Assembly (NCBI GenBank): GCA_030704615.1
Contig: CM060734.1
Coordinates: 6,386,001 to 6,450,000 of the forward strand
Source of the DNA: Takakia lepidozioides
Lineage: Eukaryota; Plantae; Bryophyta
DNA length: 64,000 nt
Reading direction: 5' to 3'
Part shown: positions 48,415-60,860 of the stretch, piece by piece
How the letters are laid out: every line of letters begins with the position of its first letter
Position numbering within the stretch: position 1 is the first letter of the stretch
The notes under the pieces: generated by a model
What the model was told of the DNA's origin: nothing
The model's input: the letters and a program-made list of their open reading frames with translations, nothing else
The model's database searches: none
Position numbers and translations under genes: made by a program

Positions 48415-51400
48415 AGACGGTGACCCCATTCCGAGGGAGAAGCAAGCGTCGAAGAACACTTTATTTCACATCAAAGAAGCAAAGGGCACGCGCTAAGGAG
48501 AGGATGAGGAAGGCGAGACGGGAACTTAGAATGGGAGAAGAAACATCCGGCGTAGAGGAAGACGAAGGGCAAAACAGGATTCTGCAACCGCAGTGTGGAG
48601 AGGAAGGTCTTGAAGTGATCCCGGAGGCGACCGATGAGCAACCTCCAATAGAAGGGGGGGAGGACGAGGAAGTGAGCTGGGCTCGGGAGGAAGCACTGCG
48701 AGTAGAGAAACAGGTCTTCAAAGAGCAGGGAGAACAAACGGACGCGGAAACGATGCCGTCTGCCCTTGTTTCGCACCATCGGGACCTCCTTGGAAGCATG
48801 CTACCTCCAGACGAAATGGAAAGATTGAATGCGTCAGGAGCATCATCAAGTGCAAAGAAGAAACCGGAGGTGGCTATGAACTCTCTTTCTCTCTCTCTGA
48901 TTCTTTCTGGTTCTTGCTAAGCATTGAGGTCGACATCAACCTTGCGTCAACGCAAGGTTGAAGTCGACCTCCCAAGTGTATATATTGGGCATCAAAACAG
49001 TGCAGATGCTGCTCTACAATCAAGCTAGACAGACATGGATGCTTGCGACGCATCATCAAGTTCGAAGAAGAAGAAGAGACAGCAATCTCCTTTTCCTGTA
49101 GCTTTTGTGTTTGTTCAACACCGATCCGAGAGCTCGCAATCAACCTTGCGTCAACGCAAGGTTGATGCCTACCTCCATGGTGTATGATAGAACTTCTAGT
49201 GAAACGAACAGATGCCGCACATGAATCAACATTGCGTTGACGCAAGGCTGGTTTTGATGATTTTTTTGTTCAATGGAGGCGTCCGATCTCTCATATCCTG
49301 AAATGTAAGGTAGGGAAAGTTGATTAGTTGAAGCTCCCAAAAGAACCCTGCGTCAACGCAAAGCATTTTTTTGCTTGAAAAGTCTTTCCTGTATGCTTTT
49401 CAGTCTAAACTACATCCCCATCAATCAACCTTGCGTCAAAGCAATGTTGATCCATGGGTGCTCAATCTGTCACTCACAGATAATTCATTCTGTGCAGAGG
49501 AAAAGAAAAAGGAAATCCGAGGGGGAAGATTTGGCCGCGTCAGAAGGTGAAGGTGAGGAAGATGCATTGGAGGGAAACTATGAAGACAAGGCCGAGGAGA
49601 TAATTGGTGGGCAAAAAGTGAACTCGTCGAAGGTGATTCTGTCGATGGAGGTTCCGGGCGGAAACCTGGTCATTCCGCTGTGCAGGATGATCTCCATGCC
49701 CGCTGTTCGACCGGCTTTGAGGAATGATATAACGAAGTTGAAGAACGACTTTGTTCACGGCTATGTCAAGGGATCAGCAGTGTTCTACGTATCCACTATG
49801 AACACGAAAGGAGAGGAGTGTCTTGTAACAGAGGACATTGAGCAAGGTTGGGATGCATGCTGGCGGGATGTAAACAGGGAGTTCGAGTTCAAGCTGTCCA
49901 AAAAGGCCTCCACAAAAGCATTCATGGGAAAGATGTTTTTTGTCTGGGATGGGAACCACAGACTGCTTGCCTGGATGGATTACATTTCAAGCTTGCACTC
50001 GGACGACATCGAATGGCACTGGAGCGTGGTTTCCATGGTTCTCGATCACAAAGGACGTGTCACGCAGCTCTTGACAGCCATGCACGACATAAACAAGTAA
50101 GTTTCCAACTTTGTGTCTGTTACTTGTTTCGACAATTTGAAATCATCTTATGAGTTGAAGGTTTTTCCAGGTCCAATGAAACATCTCATGTGACGACCAA
50201 TCTGTGCCACACTCTATTCCGCATCCAGAAGGTAGGGCTGATGCCACTGGAGTCATTCACGAACGTGCTCAGTCCTCAGCAGATGAAGAGGTGTGCTGAG
50301 AAGAAGACAAGCACATGGTACAGCTTGACAAGGGAGGCTTTTCTTGAGTACATGTACACTGTAAGCTTTTTGACACCTTTTGCCTGTTAATACTGCAAAT
50401 TTTGTGATGAAATTGCAGTCTTTGATTCTTTTTACCTGTTATGTATGCAGCAAGAAATAGCAGAAACTGGATTGAAGGCGAAAGCAGAGTACTATGATTC
50501 CCACACAGAAGAGCAGCGGTCTGCAACTGGGCTTGAGGACATGATGAAGTTCGAGATGAAAAATCAAAGGAAGAACCTCATGAGTGCATTCGACAAACAG
50601 ATCCGGATAGCAGACCCAGGTCTTGGCACGGAATTTCTGGAACAGGTGAAAGCACACTATGATAAGTATGGCTCCAAGCCAGAAATGACTCAAGAGAAAC
50701 TACATCGCCTTTCCATTTCAATGGTGGACAATGCAACCAAAATCAGGTGGTTGGAGATATGGAATTCGGATCCTCTTGTGAGAGACACGAACATGTTCCC
50801 AACTCCAGAGAGGGACCCGAAGACACAAGCAATAAGAGTTGTTAGCGACCACACATTCGACCAGTGGCTACACAAAGCCACATTCTGGAGCCAGGTAAGG
50901 TTTGAACCAAACCATTTTCAGACATTTTTGATGCTCCGTAACCTCTCGAAAATTCTTACGAGCTTTCTTGTTGCAGTTAGAAAAACGTGCAGTGGCTGCA
51001 CTTGCTGAGTCGATGGCAGACTACAAAATCCAGATGGCTTGCCCCCGGATCACACTGGAGGCCTATATCAGGAGATGGAAGCTCGCTGTCTGGAACAACT
51101 GCTTCTTCAGGGAGTTTGAGAAAGAGAAAGGAATCTCCAGGTCTTACGAATTCAAAAACCAGTACAACAGCGAGCAAGCAATGAAGCGAGTGTTGTACAG
51201 GTGTGACCTCCTTGAATCAAAATTGGTGCTTGAAGGGCATGTTTCTGCAATCTTGTGTCGTTCTTTCCATAAGGAATTGCGAATTTGCAGTGCTTTGCGA
51301 GATCTCTGAGGGCTCTGCATGTGCAGTCGAGCAACATTGCGTTAACGCAAGGTTGTTTCCCATTGTCCTGGTTTCACTTACCTATACCTGGGTATCCCAT

Positions 51401-53600
51401 AATGCCGTTTTTCTGAATGTGAAAGGGATAAACTGACTGGAAAATCAGCCTTGCGTCAACGCAAGGTTGATGAAGTGTCAGGCTATGTAGCTTTTCCTGT
51501 GGTTTTGGGCAGTTCAAATCCAGTTCCAATGCTGCCAAGATGAACATAAGTCTGTTTTGAGTCGGTTTGAAATGCTATTTTCAACTTTAACTGTACCAAC
51601 AAACAGACTTGCGTTGACGCAAGGTTGTTTGGCGGTATGGATTGCTGGAAATTTCCCGCAGCCATCCACCTATTTCAATACAATTGTAGGAAACTTATGA
51701 TTATCAGATACCATTGACATGTGTTTCAACACTCTCAACCCTAAAACAACCTTGCGTTGAAGCAATGTTGAATTGCGCTTCTCATTCGTTGTCTCTATCA
51801 ATACAACATTATCATTTGGTGTTCCCCATTTCTGCTAGAATGAACATTGCGTCAACGCAAGGTTAATTCGGGATTTCAAAAGTAGAATTCTCAGTGTTGC
51901 ATTCCTGCATTTCAATATCTTTTTCCGGATGTGTGTTCTTTTCGTTTTCTGATCGAATGACTGTCTGGGTTTTTTGTATGTGATTCAGGTATATGTATCA
52001 TATCCTCATACCGGGAAAGTACCTTAGCGATGACCCAGACTTCATCTATTCATGGGCTGACCCCTCCAATGACAAGACAATGTACACGGCTGGTATTGCC
52101 AAAGACTGGAGCAGGGCGCACTTCCGAGACTGTGGGTGGTACCTCGACCTGCCAAAACAGGACACCCCATTCGATGAAGTTGTTTTGAGAAACCTGAACG
52201 ACAATGCCGCAGCGATTGCCCCATTGGCTGAGAAAGACATCCAGGACAGAATCATTTCGGCTCTGGCTGCAAAAGAGCCCGAGAAAACTGCTACTCCAAA
52301 ACGAAAGGGGAAGGTTGTCGGGGATCCGAAGGGGAAGGGGAAAAGTGCAGCTCCGCAAGGACAGGGACCGTCAGAGGTTCCTGAAAGACAGCCTTCTCCC
52401 GCAAGGAGGGATAGGAGAACTTCAAAGTCCAGGGAGCAAGTTTTCGAGGCGAGAGAACATCCCTCCAGGGTTTTGGGCCAGTTCAATCGTAAGGTGCTGA
52501 ATGAAAGTTTTCTTTCAATGATGGAGTCGAGGAAGTCCACATTCAAAGGGGTGCCCTCGAAATCGTGGGACATGCTTGTTTCGTTCCTCACTCAGGTGAA
52601 AACTTATGTCTAAACTGTTGTATGAATAATTGTGTTTGGCAGCTTGTTGTGGCTTGTCCAGGGGATTGATCTCCTGTTAGATTTGGATTGGGCTTCTTAC
52701 AATGTCTCATGTTTTTGGCTGTAGGTCACAAAAAGTCCGGAATGTGTGAATGGAGTTCAACAGGCATACGCGACTGACCTTGTGGTGCTGGACATTCCTG
52801 ACGGTTTTCCTGTCCCTGATGTGTTTCCTTCCAATTCGACCCCGACTTGGAACAAATCGGATTCTCGTTACTGGCAGTGGGCTTTCTCGTTCAGCAACAA
52901 GTTCCTTTCGGACTCGGGGCTCTTCTTCTCATGCAGTCAAAGGACATGTCGGCTCGAAGAACTCTTTTCAGCTACATGAAAGCTTCCGGGTTTCGTGTCA
53001 TCAAAACTTGGACATGCATCAATACTCTGCCTCTTACGAAGGGCGAGTTCCCGGGGCAGAAAGTGAGTTGGTTCCTTTCAATTGATGTTTCGTGGTTTTC
53101 CGGTAAATCAAAATGGTGGGTTATGTCTTCTGTCTCATTCTGTCTTCGTGATTAATGACAGACACGAGTGTTCGAAGCTTTGTGCCTGGTGAGGCGGACG
53201 GACACTCTTCCTGCTGGTGTTGCTGAGTTTCAGTTGAGGGACCTTGCAGCTCACATTGACCCCACCTGCGAGCCTGTGGAGGATGATGTTATCTTCAATT
53301 ACGTCGACTCGGGTCGGACTATGAAAAGGTCGAATGGTGTCCCTTGGAGAGGTGCACGGGAGAAATCTCCAGCTTTCATGCAGACTTTGGTGGAGACATG
53401 CAGCCGTCATGGTGGACGAGTGGTTGACTTGTCTATGGGCACAGGTGGGGCCCTTCACATTGTGTTTGACATATGGGCAGTGACCTTAGGGAAACCCTTT
53501 TTATTTCTCGTTCTTCTTGGATTTGCAGGAGCATGTTTTCATGCTTGCACGCAAGGCACTTCTTTAGGTTCAAGTACCGAGGCTCAAGCGATTCGTGGCT
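48415..53600 (+). CDS. Multi-exon gene: ParB/Srx-like domain fused to a beta-class N4-cytosine/N6-adenine DNA methyltransferase-like domain (probably damaged)
   Basis: Approximate exons 48415-48869, 49498-50096, 50171-50360, 50451-50894, 50978-51240, 51989-52595, 52725-53062, 53162-53443 and 53529-, with GT-AG borders. ParB-like IPLCRM...VRP...I.KL....GY...FFVWDGNHRLLAW. MTase-like DLVVLDIPDG (motif IV position), then REKSPAFMQTLVETCSRHGGRVVDLSMGTG|ACFHAC (motif X-I). Frameshifts near 52918 and 53550. Confidence 0.78.
48926..49448. repeat. Five AACCTTGCGTYRACGCAAGGTT palindromes in an intron
   Basis: At 48938, 49142, 49228, 49344 and 49427. The first extends to a 46-bp near-perfect inverted repeat (48926-48971). 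Confidence 0.92.
51333..51864. repeat. Five further copies of the same palindrome in a second long intron
   Basis: At 51333, 51447, 51605, 51748 and 51843. Confidence 0.92.
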
Positions 53601-55649
53601 TTTGCGTCCATCTACTCAAACTGTTTTCAGGTTCCTTTGCGCGAGCCCGTAGTACAGTTGACGGGATCCTAAACGGGTCTTCGATGCGGAATGAAGTAAA
53701 TGATTGTGTGTTGGAATGAATATACTGCCTTTGCCCAAAAAATGTTTGCTTTAATATTCGTTCTCTAGTGGACGACTCCTCATGATCCAAAGTCATGACC
53801 TCAAGCATAATTCATCCGCAAACCTGCCATTTCGGTCTCCGGCCACAAAGAATATTCATGTGGGGGCCTGAAGAGGGATAAAATTAAGGACATAGGCGAA
53901 CAGCTGATCCGCGGTAATAGGGGGGTAGCCACGGAATTACGCCTGAACACGTGGAAGCTTGCCCTGACTGGCGTGAGCCTAGCCAGCTCACAGCACACGG
54001 CTCACTGGCCAGGCTCACTCGCAAGCATTCCCCCCTTCCATCTGATCCAAGAGAGCATGAAGATGATGCAGGTCTGAGCTATCTTATGCGATTGTCAGCC
54101 AGTGAGGATGGGGAAACGACATACCCCATCTTCCAATCTGGTGAAATTAAAGATGAGGAGCAATCAGGTCCTGAACTGTGTCCCAGTGGGGAAGCACAAA
54201 TGCGTCTAAGTCAGCACAAAGACAGCAGGGATGTTGTCATTTAAAATGGGAGGCCAAAACCTAGTGGTGCAATTTCTTGTGCCCTGTTTTTCAATTGTCC
54301 TTTCTTAGCACTTAGAGGCCAGTAGCCTGGGTGCAATTTTTGGCTGTCTCTTAATGAAACTTTTTGTTGTTGCTGATGAAATTGCGGGTTTGTCATCCAA
54401 TGCACTTTTCTAGATGAGAACTTATATGTGGCTGGATTCCACTCCTTCACATGACACTCGGGCTATCAGTCTAGAGCTTCTAGCTGCTCAAGAGGGAGAG
54501 TCATCACAGTGGGCTTCAAGCACGAGGTTGTGCGCTTAAGGGTTTTGAAGAAGTGTTTTGGCGCTTTCTTTATATTCGTCGGTAGCATTTAGAGCCTGAG
54601 GGGCTGCATCCTGTTTTGTGTCAGCAATGGTGTCTGGCGTGAATCAGATGAGCTGGGATGGGGGCAGTCAGCAGCAAGCGATGGCGGTGAGGAATTATGA
54701 GCGGGATAGAGCTCCAGGGACATACATGAAATGGTGGCACCGGATTGTGGCACTTACAATCCACTCGACTTCTCGTGGAATAGAGACAAGAGAGGATGGG
54801 GAGTTGTGGGTGATCATGAAAGGGATGATAATAGAGGAGGAGTGATTCAGCTGTAGGGAGGACACTCTCCTAGTTTTTGATTTTGTCTTGGGCATGTGAG
54901 AGAGCGGTAATATGGAGGTTAAGTCGTAGGTGGATGCATTGGATAAGGTGACAAGTAGGATGGGCTGACTCTGCCCAAATCTGAGAGGAGGAGGAAGATG
55001 ATGTCTGGACCTGGATTCTACCCACTGCAAATAGGCAATGGGCATCACATTCTCTATTTTGAGTTTCCAATGCATGCACACTTGGGAGATTTCTACAGTG
55101 TTCCACTTTCTGTAGTTACATGATAGAAGAAATTGCTAGCTCACACCTTAGAGCTGCTGGTGATGGGTAGGTGTTATTATTTTGATTCCTAGATGTTCTT
55201 GGGATGCAGTCAGCAGATGTGTGACGTTAGGGTGCTGGACCAGCTTCTGTTGAGTCTACTTGAAGGAAAGGCAAATGAGGGAAGTATAAGAGGATGAGTG
55301 AGAAGAGAAAAAGGGAGAGGTCTGGAGAAATAGAGGCTGAATGCATCATGTGGCCTCATGGTGAGAAGGGAAATAATGTGTGCTAGTGAATGATGACATC
55401 TCATGGGAATGTACCCCTTCATGGTGATTTTGCCGAACCAATGACAAGCTACTGGTATATGCAATTGCTTTCCGTCGATTTAAACTGACCGAGCCTGTTT
55501 CCTTTTCTCTTCCGCTGCAGGGCAGCAAGTATCGGGTATAAATGCGATATCTTAACCAACTCTAGTGCTGTGATATGTTGTGTTAGACTGTGGTAGGTTG
55601 TGATGGCTGTGTGGACACATGTGTTCTCTGCTATGGCCATACACATTCG

Positions 55650-58600
55650 GCTTTATGATTCATGTTTCCTTACTTTAATTGAATCCTCTAATTCCATTCT
55701 CCTTCCCCATTCAGTTCTCATGGTAGGTAATAAGAATTCCACTGGAAGTAAAGCTTCCATACCATAAACTAATTGGAATGGTGTATACTTGGTGGTGACT
55801 TTATATGAAGTCATGTATGACCACAAAGCTGTCAACAGCTTTGTATCCCCAGTCTGTCTGTTTTGCGTTGACTATCTTAGCCAAGATGGTGCATAGTTAT
55901 TTGTTGGTGGCCTCTGCCTGCCCATTGCCTTGTGGGTAATAGGTCGTACTCTTCCTGTGCACAATCATGAACTCCTTAGTCAATAGTTCAATGGTCTCAT
56001 TAATGAAATGACTTCCCTGGTCACTGATAATTCCAGGGACAGCCAAATCTTGTTGAGAATGTTCTCATATAGGAACCTTGCTGTGGACTTAGTTGTGTTG
56101 TCCCTCAGAGCTTAGCTTCCACCATTTTGGGGATAATCAGGGCTGGTGATTATATACTTGTTCGTATGTAGTTCCTGGCTGGTGGATAATGGTCCAACAA
56201 AGTCTAATCCCCATTTCTGGATGGTTCAGTAGGCATCGTAGGATGCAAAGCCATCTTCCTAGATCTTTGCAAAGGTCCTAGCCTCTGACACTCATCACAT
56301 TCTTGCAAACTGGTACATCCTTGAATAAAGTACACCATGGACCTCTTCCCCCTTTTCCAGGTCTGCCCCACACTCCCTTTGCACCAGTAACCTGCAAATA
56401 GTATTTTTCCTACTGGTAGTCTCTTCTCCAAATGACCCAGCCACTCCTTTATGAACTTCTTCCAAAACTTTATTTACCTCATGGTGGTACAAGCATCGTT
56501 TAAAGAACTCCATCAGGTCCTAGCTTATACAATCTTCCACCTATCATAGTGTATGGTAATGCCTTGATAGCTATTCTTTTCCTCTGCCTTCCCATAACTG
56601 GGTGGGGCACTGACCATGAGTAAGGTGTTCTGATTGCCACTGCCAATCCACCAATCATCTGCTCCCTGCACCTCACGTTGAATAAACTGGCATCAGGTAG
56701 TTGATCCTATTTCCTGTGGCGGGCTCTCCTTTGAAAGGCTGACAGTGATCCGCCAACAAGATGCAAACGTCCGGCCTGTAAAAACTTCAAATTCAAACTC
56801 GTGGCCCCGATAATCAACCATCTTGCTAATCATGCTGCACTTAGCAACCATCTTGCTATCATGCCACTTATCAAAGGCTGTTCACCCGATAAATCAAAGC
56901 CTGATGATCCACATAAAACATAAACTTCCTTCCCAATAGATAATGCCTGAATTTCTTGACTGCATAAATCATTGCCAAAACTTCTCTTTCAGTAATGTTA
57001 TAGTTCCACTGTTCAACAATCTGCTAGCATAGTACACAGGTGAATATGTTTCCTGTGACATTTGGGCTAACACAGCCCCCAATGCTTCTCCCGAGGCATC
57101 ACAGTGTACATGAAAATACCACATGCCAGTGAGGGTTAATCAACACAGGTGTATAGTGTTACTGACATTATAAGTGCCTCAAATGCCTGTTGGAATTCAG
57201 TTGTCTATGCAAACACTGCATCCTTCTTCAAAAGCTTGCTCAATGATGCTGCCATCTATGCATACCGCCTGACAAACCTTCTGTAGTAGCTGGTTTCTCC
57301 AAGTAATCTCCTTAGAGCCTTAACATTTACTGGTGGTGGGGATGCTTTAATGGCCTCAGTCTTTCTAGGATCCACAAGCAGTTCCTTCTTACACACATGT
57401 GTCCCAGAAGTACCCATGAGTTCACACAGAAAAATACACTTTTCTGGATTCAGACCAAGACCTCTCATCCTGCATCTGGCCAAACATAACTCCAACTTCT
57501 GCAAGTGTTCATCTTAGAGCTGTACACATCCAGAGTGTACAACAATATCATCTATGAATACAGCAGCACATCCATGACGTTTTTTTTTTCCTCGACCTTC
57601 ATGGAGATGCGAGTATAGTGTTTGTTCGGATAATACCCGTGCGCAAGCTTCCGCGTAAACCGGCAAGCGGTTGGGATCTAGGGGGGCTCGGGGGGGACAT
57701 GTAGTATCCTTGGAAACCGAAAGGCGTCTGCTGATTCGATGACTGGTGCTGAACTCTGCAAAGCAAGAAGAGGAATGGTGGTAGATGTTAACATCCAGAT
57801 ATAGACAACGAAAGCCACTATTTCTCGAATAGGAACGACACAAGGAAATGCAACATATTTTGCACGACTACACAAGAACTTACTCACACTCAAAATCGGA
57901 GTCAAGTCCACGTCCAGGATCCTCGTCAGGCGCTTCGGGCTCCTCTAGAAGTCCCTCTGTGGATGGGCAGAAGTAGTGCCCGACTCAAGCTGACGAAGCT
58001 CGCTTGAGAAGAGCTCCGTATCAGCTTCCATGCCGAAGAAGTGCCTTCCGGCGAATCATCCAAATACTCATGGAAAGATTCACTTGTCACTCTCTGGAAA
58101 AGTTGCTAGTGCATTACAAAGTCCAAAAGGCATGACTTTGTATGCATAAGCACCCCAGTCTGTGATGAAAGCAGTCTTTCCGTGGTCTTCTTCAGCTACT
58201 TGTACTTGGTTATACCCACTGAAGCCATCCATGAATGAGTACATCTCATGGTTTGCCACAGTGTCCAGTACAGCTTCTGTGAATGGCAAAGAAAAGGGAT
58301 ATTTCTTTGTACAATCATTCAACTTCTTATAGTTCACACAAACTCTCAGTTTGCCATTCTTCTTGGGAACTATTACAATGGGTGATAGCCAAGTTGTATA
58401 CTCTATCGGGTATATGAACCTAGCCTCAGCCAACTTCTTAATCTCCTCCCCAAATTCTGTGCATAGTTGATTCATCCTGTACCTTGCCTGTTTGATTGGT
58501 ACTGACCCTGGTTCCAGTTCAATCTTATGCTGGTAGATCTCAGGTGGTATCCCTTTCAGATCTTCATAGCTCCAAGCAAATACATCTTTGTATTTGATAA

Positions 58601-60860
58601 ACAGGCTCTTAGCTTCCTCAAAGAATTTTGGCTCCAAGTCAGGCCCAACTTTAACCATTCTTGGTTCCTCCTCAGTTCCCACATTCACTTCTCTCACCTG
58701 CTCTTCAGCCGTGATTGTCCATCCAACCACTACTTCATCCTGTAAACTCACAGTGGCTGGTTCCTCTAGGATTTCTATTTCTCCCTCTCTTTCTTCATAG
58801 AAGCAACTCAGGCCTCCCAATTGCATTTCTCCAACCTGCTCCCACTATGGGTGTGCAGCAAACAGTGTAGCTTCCTACTCCTCATCAAGCCCTCCCCTCC
58901 AGTCATACTCTCTGACTCCACGAGGTCTCCATGTAGCAGGTAGCCTATCAGATCTCTTAGTGGTGATCTGTATCTTGTGCTCCCCATCATGCACAGTCAG
59001 TAACTGGGAATTCCAGTCATGGAATACTCTGGCCTGTTTCAGCCATGGTCGACCTAGCAATAAGGAGTAAGCTTCCATGACATCATCCATTTTCAACACA
59101 GTCACTGTGATCTTAAAGATCATCTTCTGAATCTGTATCTTTACTCCTCTTATCAAGCCTAATGGCTATACACTCATTAGATCTGCCATTGTTACTGTGA
59201 ATGGGGCTGGTTTCATGTTACCTAAACCAAGCTTCTGCCTTGATTGGTCTGTCATAATATTCACTCCTGAGCCTCCATCTATCAGTACATCAGTCAAGTC
59301 TGTGCTTCCAATTCTCAATTGGATTACTGGCATGGAATCATCAAAGTCCATGACTATTTCTCGCCCTTCAGGCTTCACATTATAACTTGTCACCTTGCTG
59401 TTCAGGTTTGTGTTCTCTGTCACATGAACAATCTGATTGATTGCTTGATACAACCTGTGTCTACAATGGGGTGCCACAGCCAATAGCTGCCCAATTGTAA
59501 TCTCAGCTTTGGACTGGCATATTATTTCAGCCAAAGCCCCTTCATTATCATGCACCTGTGAAGCCTATTGCTTCACTTCCTCTTCACCTTCTTCATCTTC
59601 TCTTTCAGAGTCAGAAGAATCTGCCATAGGGATATCAGTATCCTTCTGCATTTCCCTTATGGTATCAGCCACTTCCTTTGCAGTTCCTTCTTTCCTCTCC
59701 ATTCCTCATCATCTTCAGGCACATCACTGCCATTTCATTTACCTCTTCCTCCTCATCCACTGGAGGTTTTAGTTTAGCTTTGCTTCTGGTAACTATCATT
59801 GTACTTACTTCTGGTACAAAACATGGCATAACCATGTGAGCTGCCACTACTGGGCCCTCATTCACAGGAGCTCTAATCTCATTCTGGTGTTTGATCCAGA
59901 ATGGACAGGCTGCTTTGCGATGTCCTGCCTGGTTACAATAGTAACACAGTTCCTCACCACTGGGTCCTCGCCCTTGGTCTATTCTGGGATTATTTTTTTA
60001 ATCTTGATTCCCTGGCTGGTAATTCCCTCTTGGATTACCTCTTCCTGCCATACGATTGTTATATCCACCAGGCCTACCATAGTGGTCATGATCATTGTTT
60101 CTTCTTAGCTGGGGTTGCACTTGATGCACCCTCACTTGCCTAGGTTCTCTTGCAGCTGTCCTTCTGTTGTAATAACAATTCTCAGTAGAATGGTTATCTA
60201 TTTTACACATAGTACAGGTTTCTCCTTCATGTGGCATTCAGCTGTGGTATGGCCTTCATTTTGGCATTTTGCACACCAAACACCCTTCCTCCAATGTGTT
60301 GCAGCCTCTGTGGCGTACTAATTCAAGATTTCTTCCAATCTTTTTTCATAGGTGTCCCTCTTCAACTTTTCGTTCTTCTTGCTCTTCCTCCTGAGCTCTT
60401 TCTCTTCTTCCTCATCTGACTCATCTTCGGAGTCCTCATCATCCCTTTTATCTCTCCTGAGCATTCCCAATTGCTCAATTCTGTTGGCTGTTTTGAATGC
60501 CTCCTCCACTGTATTATGTAGTAGCATATCCACTTTCTTTTGTAAATCAGGTCTTAGTCCACTCACAAACCAAGTCTTTTGTAATCCTGGTGCTGGTACA
60601 TCAGCCAGCTTTTTCATCATCAACTCCATCTTCTCCATATATTCTTCAACAGTTTCATGCTTCTTTTGTCTTAACTGTTGTAAACTCCCATACACTTCAT
60701 CCTCAATTTTGCTTGTCCTGAACCTGTTTCGGAATGCTATACTAAGGCCATTCCAGGTTAGGAAATGATTATTAGGAAATGCATACCATTCACTTGCTTT
60801 CTTGATAAGTGAATAAGGAAACAGTCTCATCTTGGCATCATCGCCATTCTCATTGTTCAC
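55650..60860 (-). pseudogene. gag-pol remnants
   Basis: gag RLFPYSL...LRQKKHETVEEY (60318-60860); CTMCKIDNHSTENC; PR VLIDGGSGVNIM (59166-59555); RT LRVCVNYKKLN...MDGFSGYNQ...MPFGLCNA, VFIDDI; INT YTPFQLVYGMEALLP. Confidence 0.9.
57575..58056 (-). other. 482-bp foreign insertion inside RT
   Basis: Flanked by CATCCA at 57569-57574 and 58057-58062. A-tract near its minus-strand 3' end. Begins with a frame reading FAGRHFFGMEADTELF. Confidence 0.7.

Larger units (their letters stand above)
43621..54032. mobile_element. Two-gene MULE (about 10.4 kb) without a clear long TIR: transposase plus ParB-methyltransferase-like gene
   Basis: 10-bp direct repeat CCCTTCCATC at 43611-43620 and 54033-54042 (MULE-size TSD). 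GTGAGC/GCTCAC motif clusters at both ends. Divergent genes. Confidence 0.88.

Noticed and set aside
48415-53600. Bacterial or phage contamination
   Set aside because: The gene has multiple GT-AG introns and sits within a TSD-bounded MULE nested in plant LTR elements.
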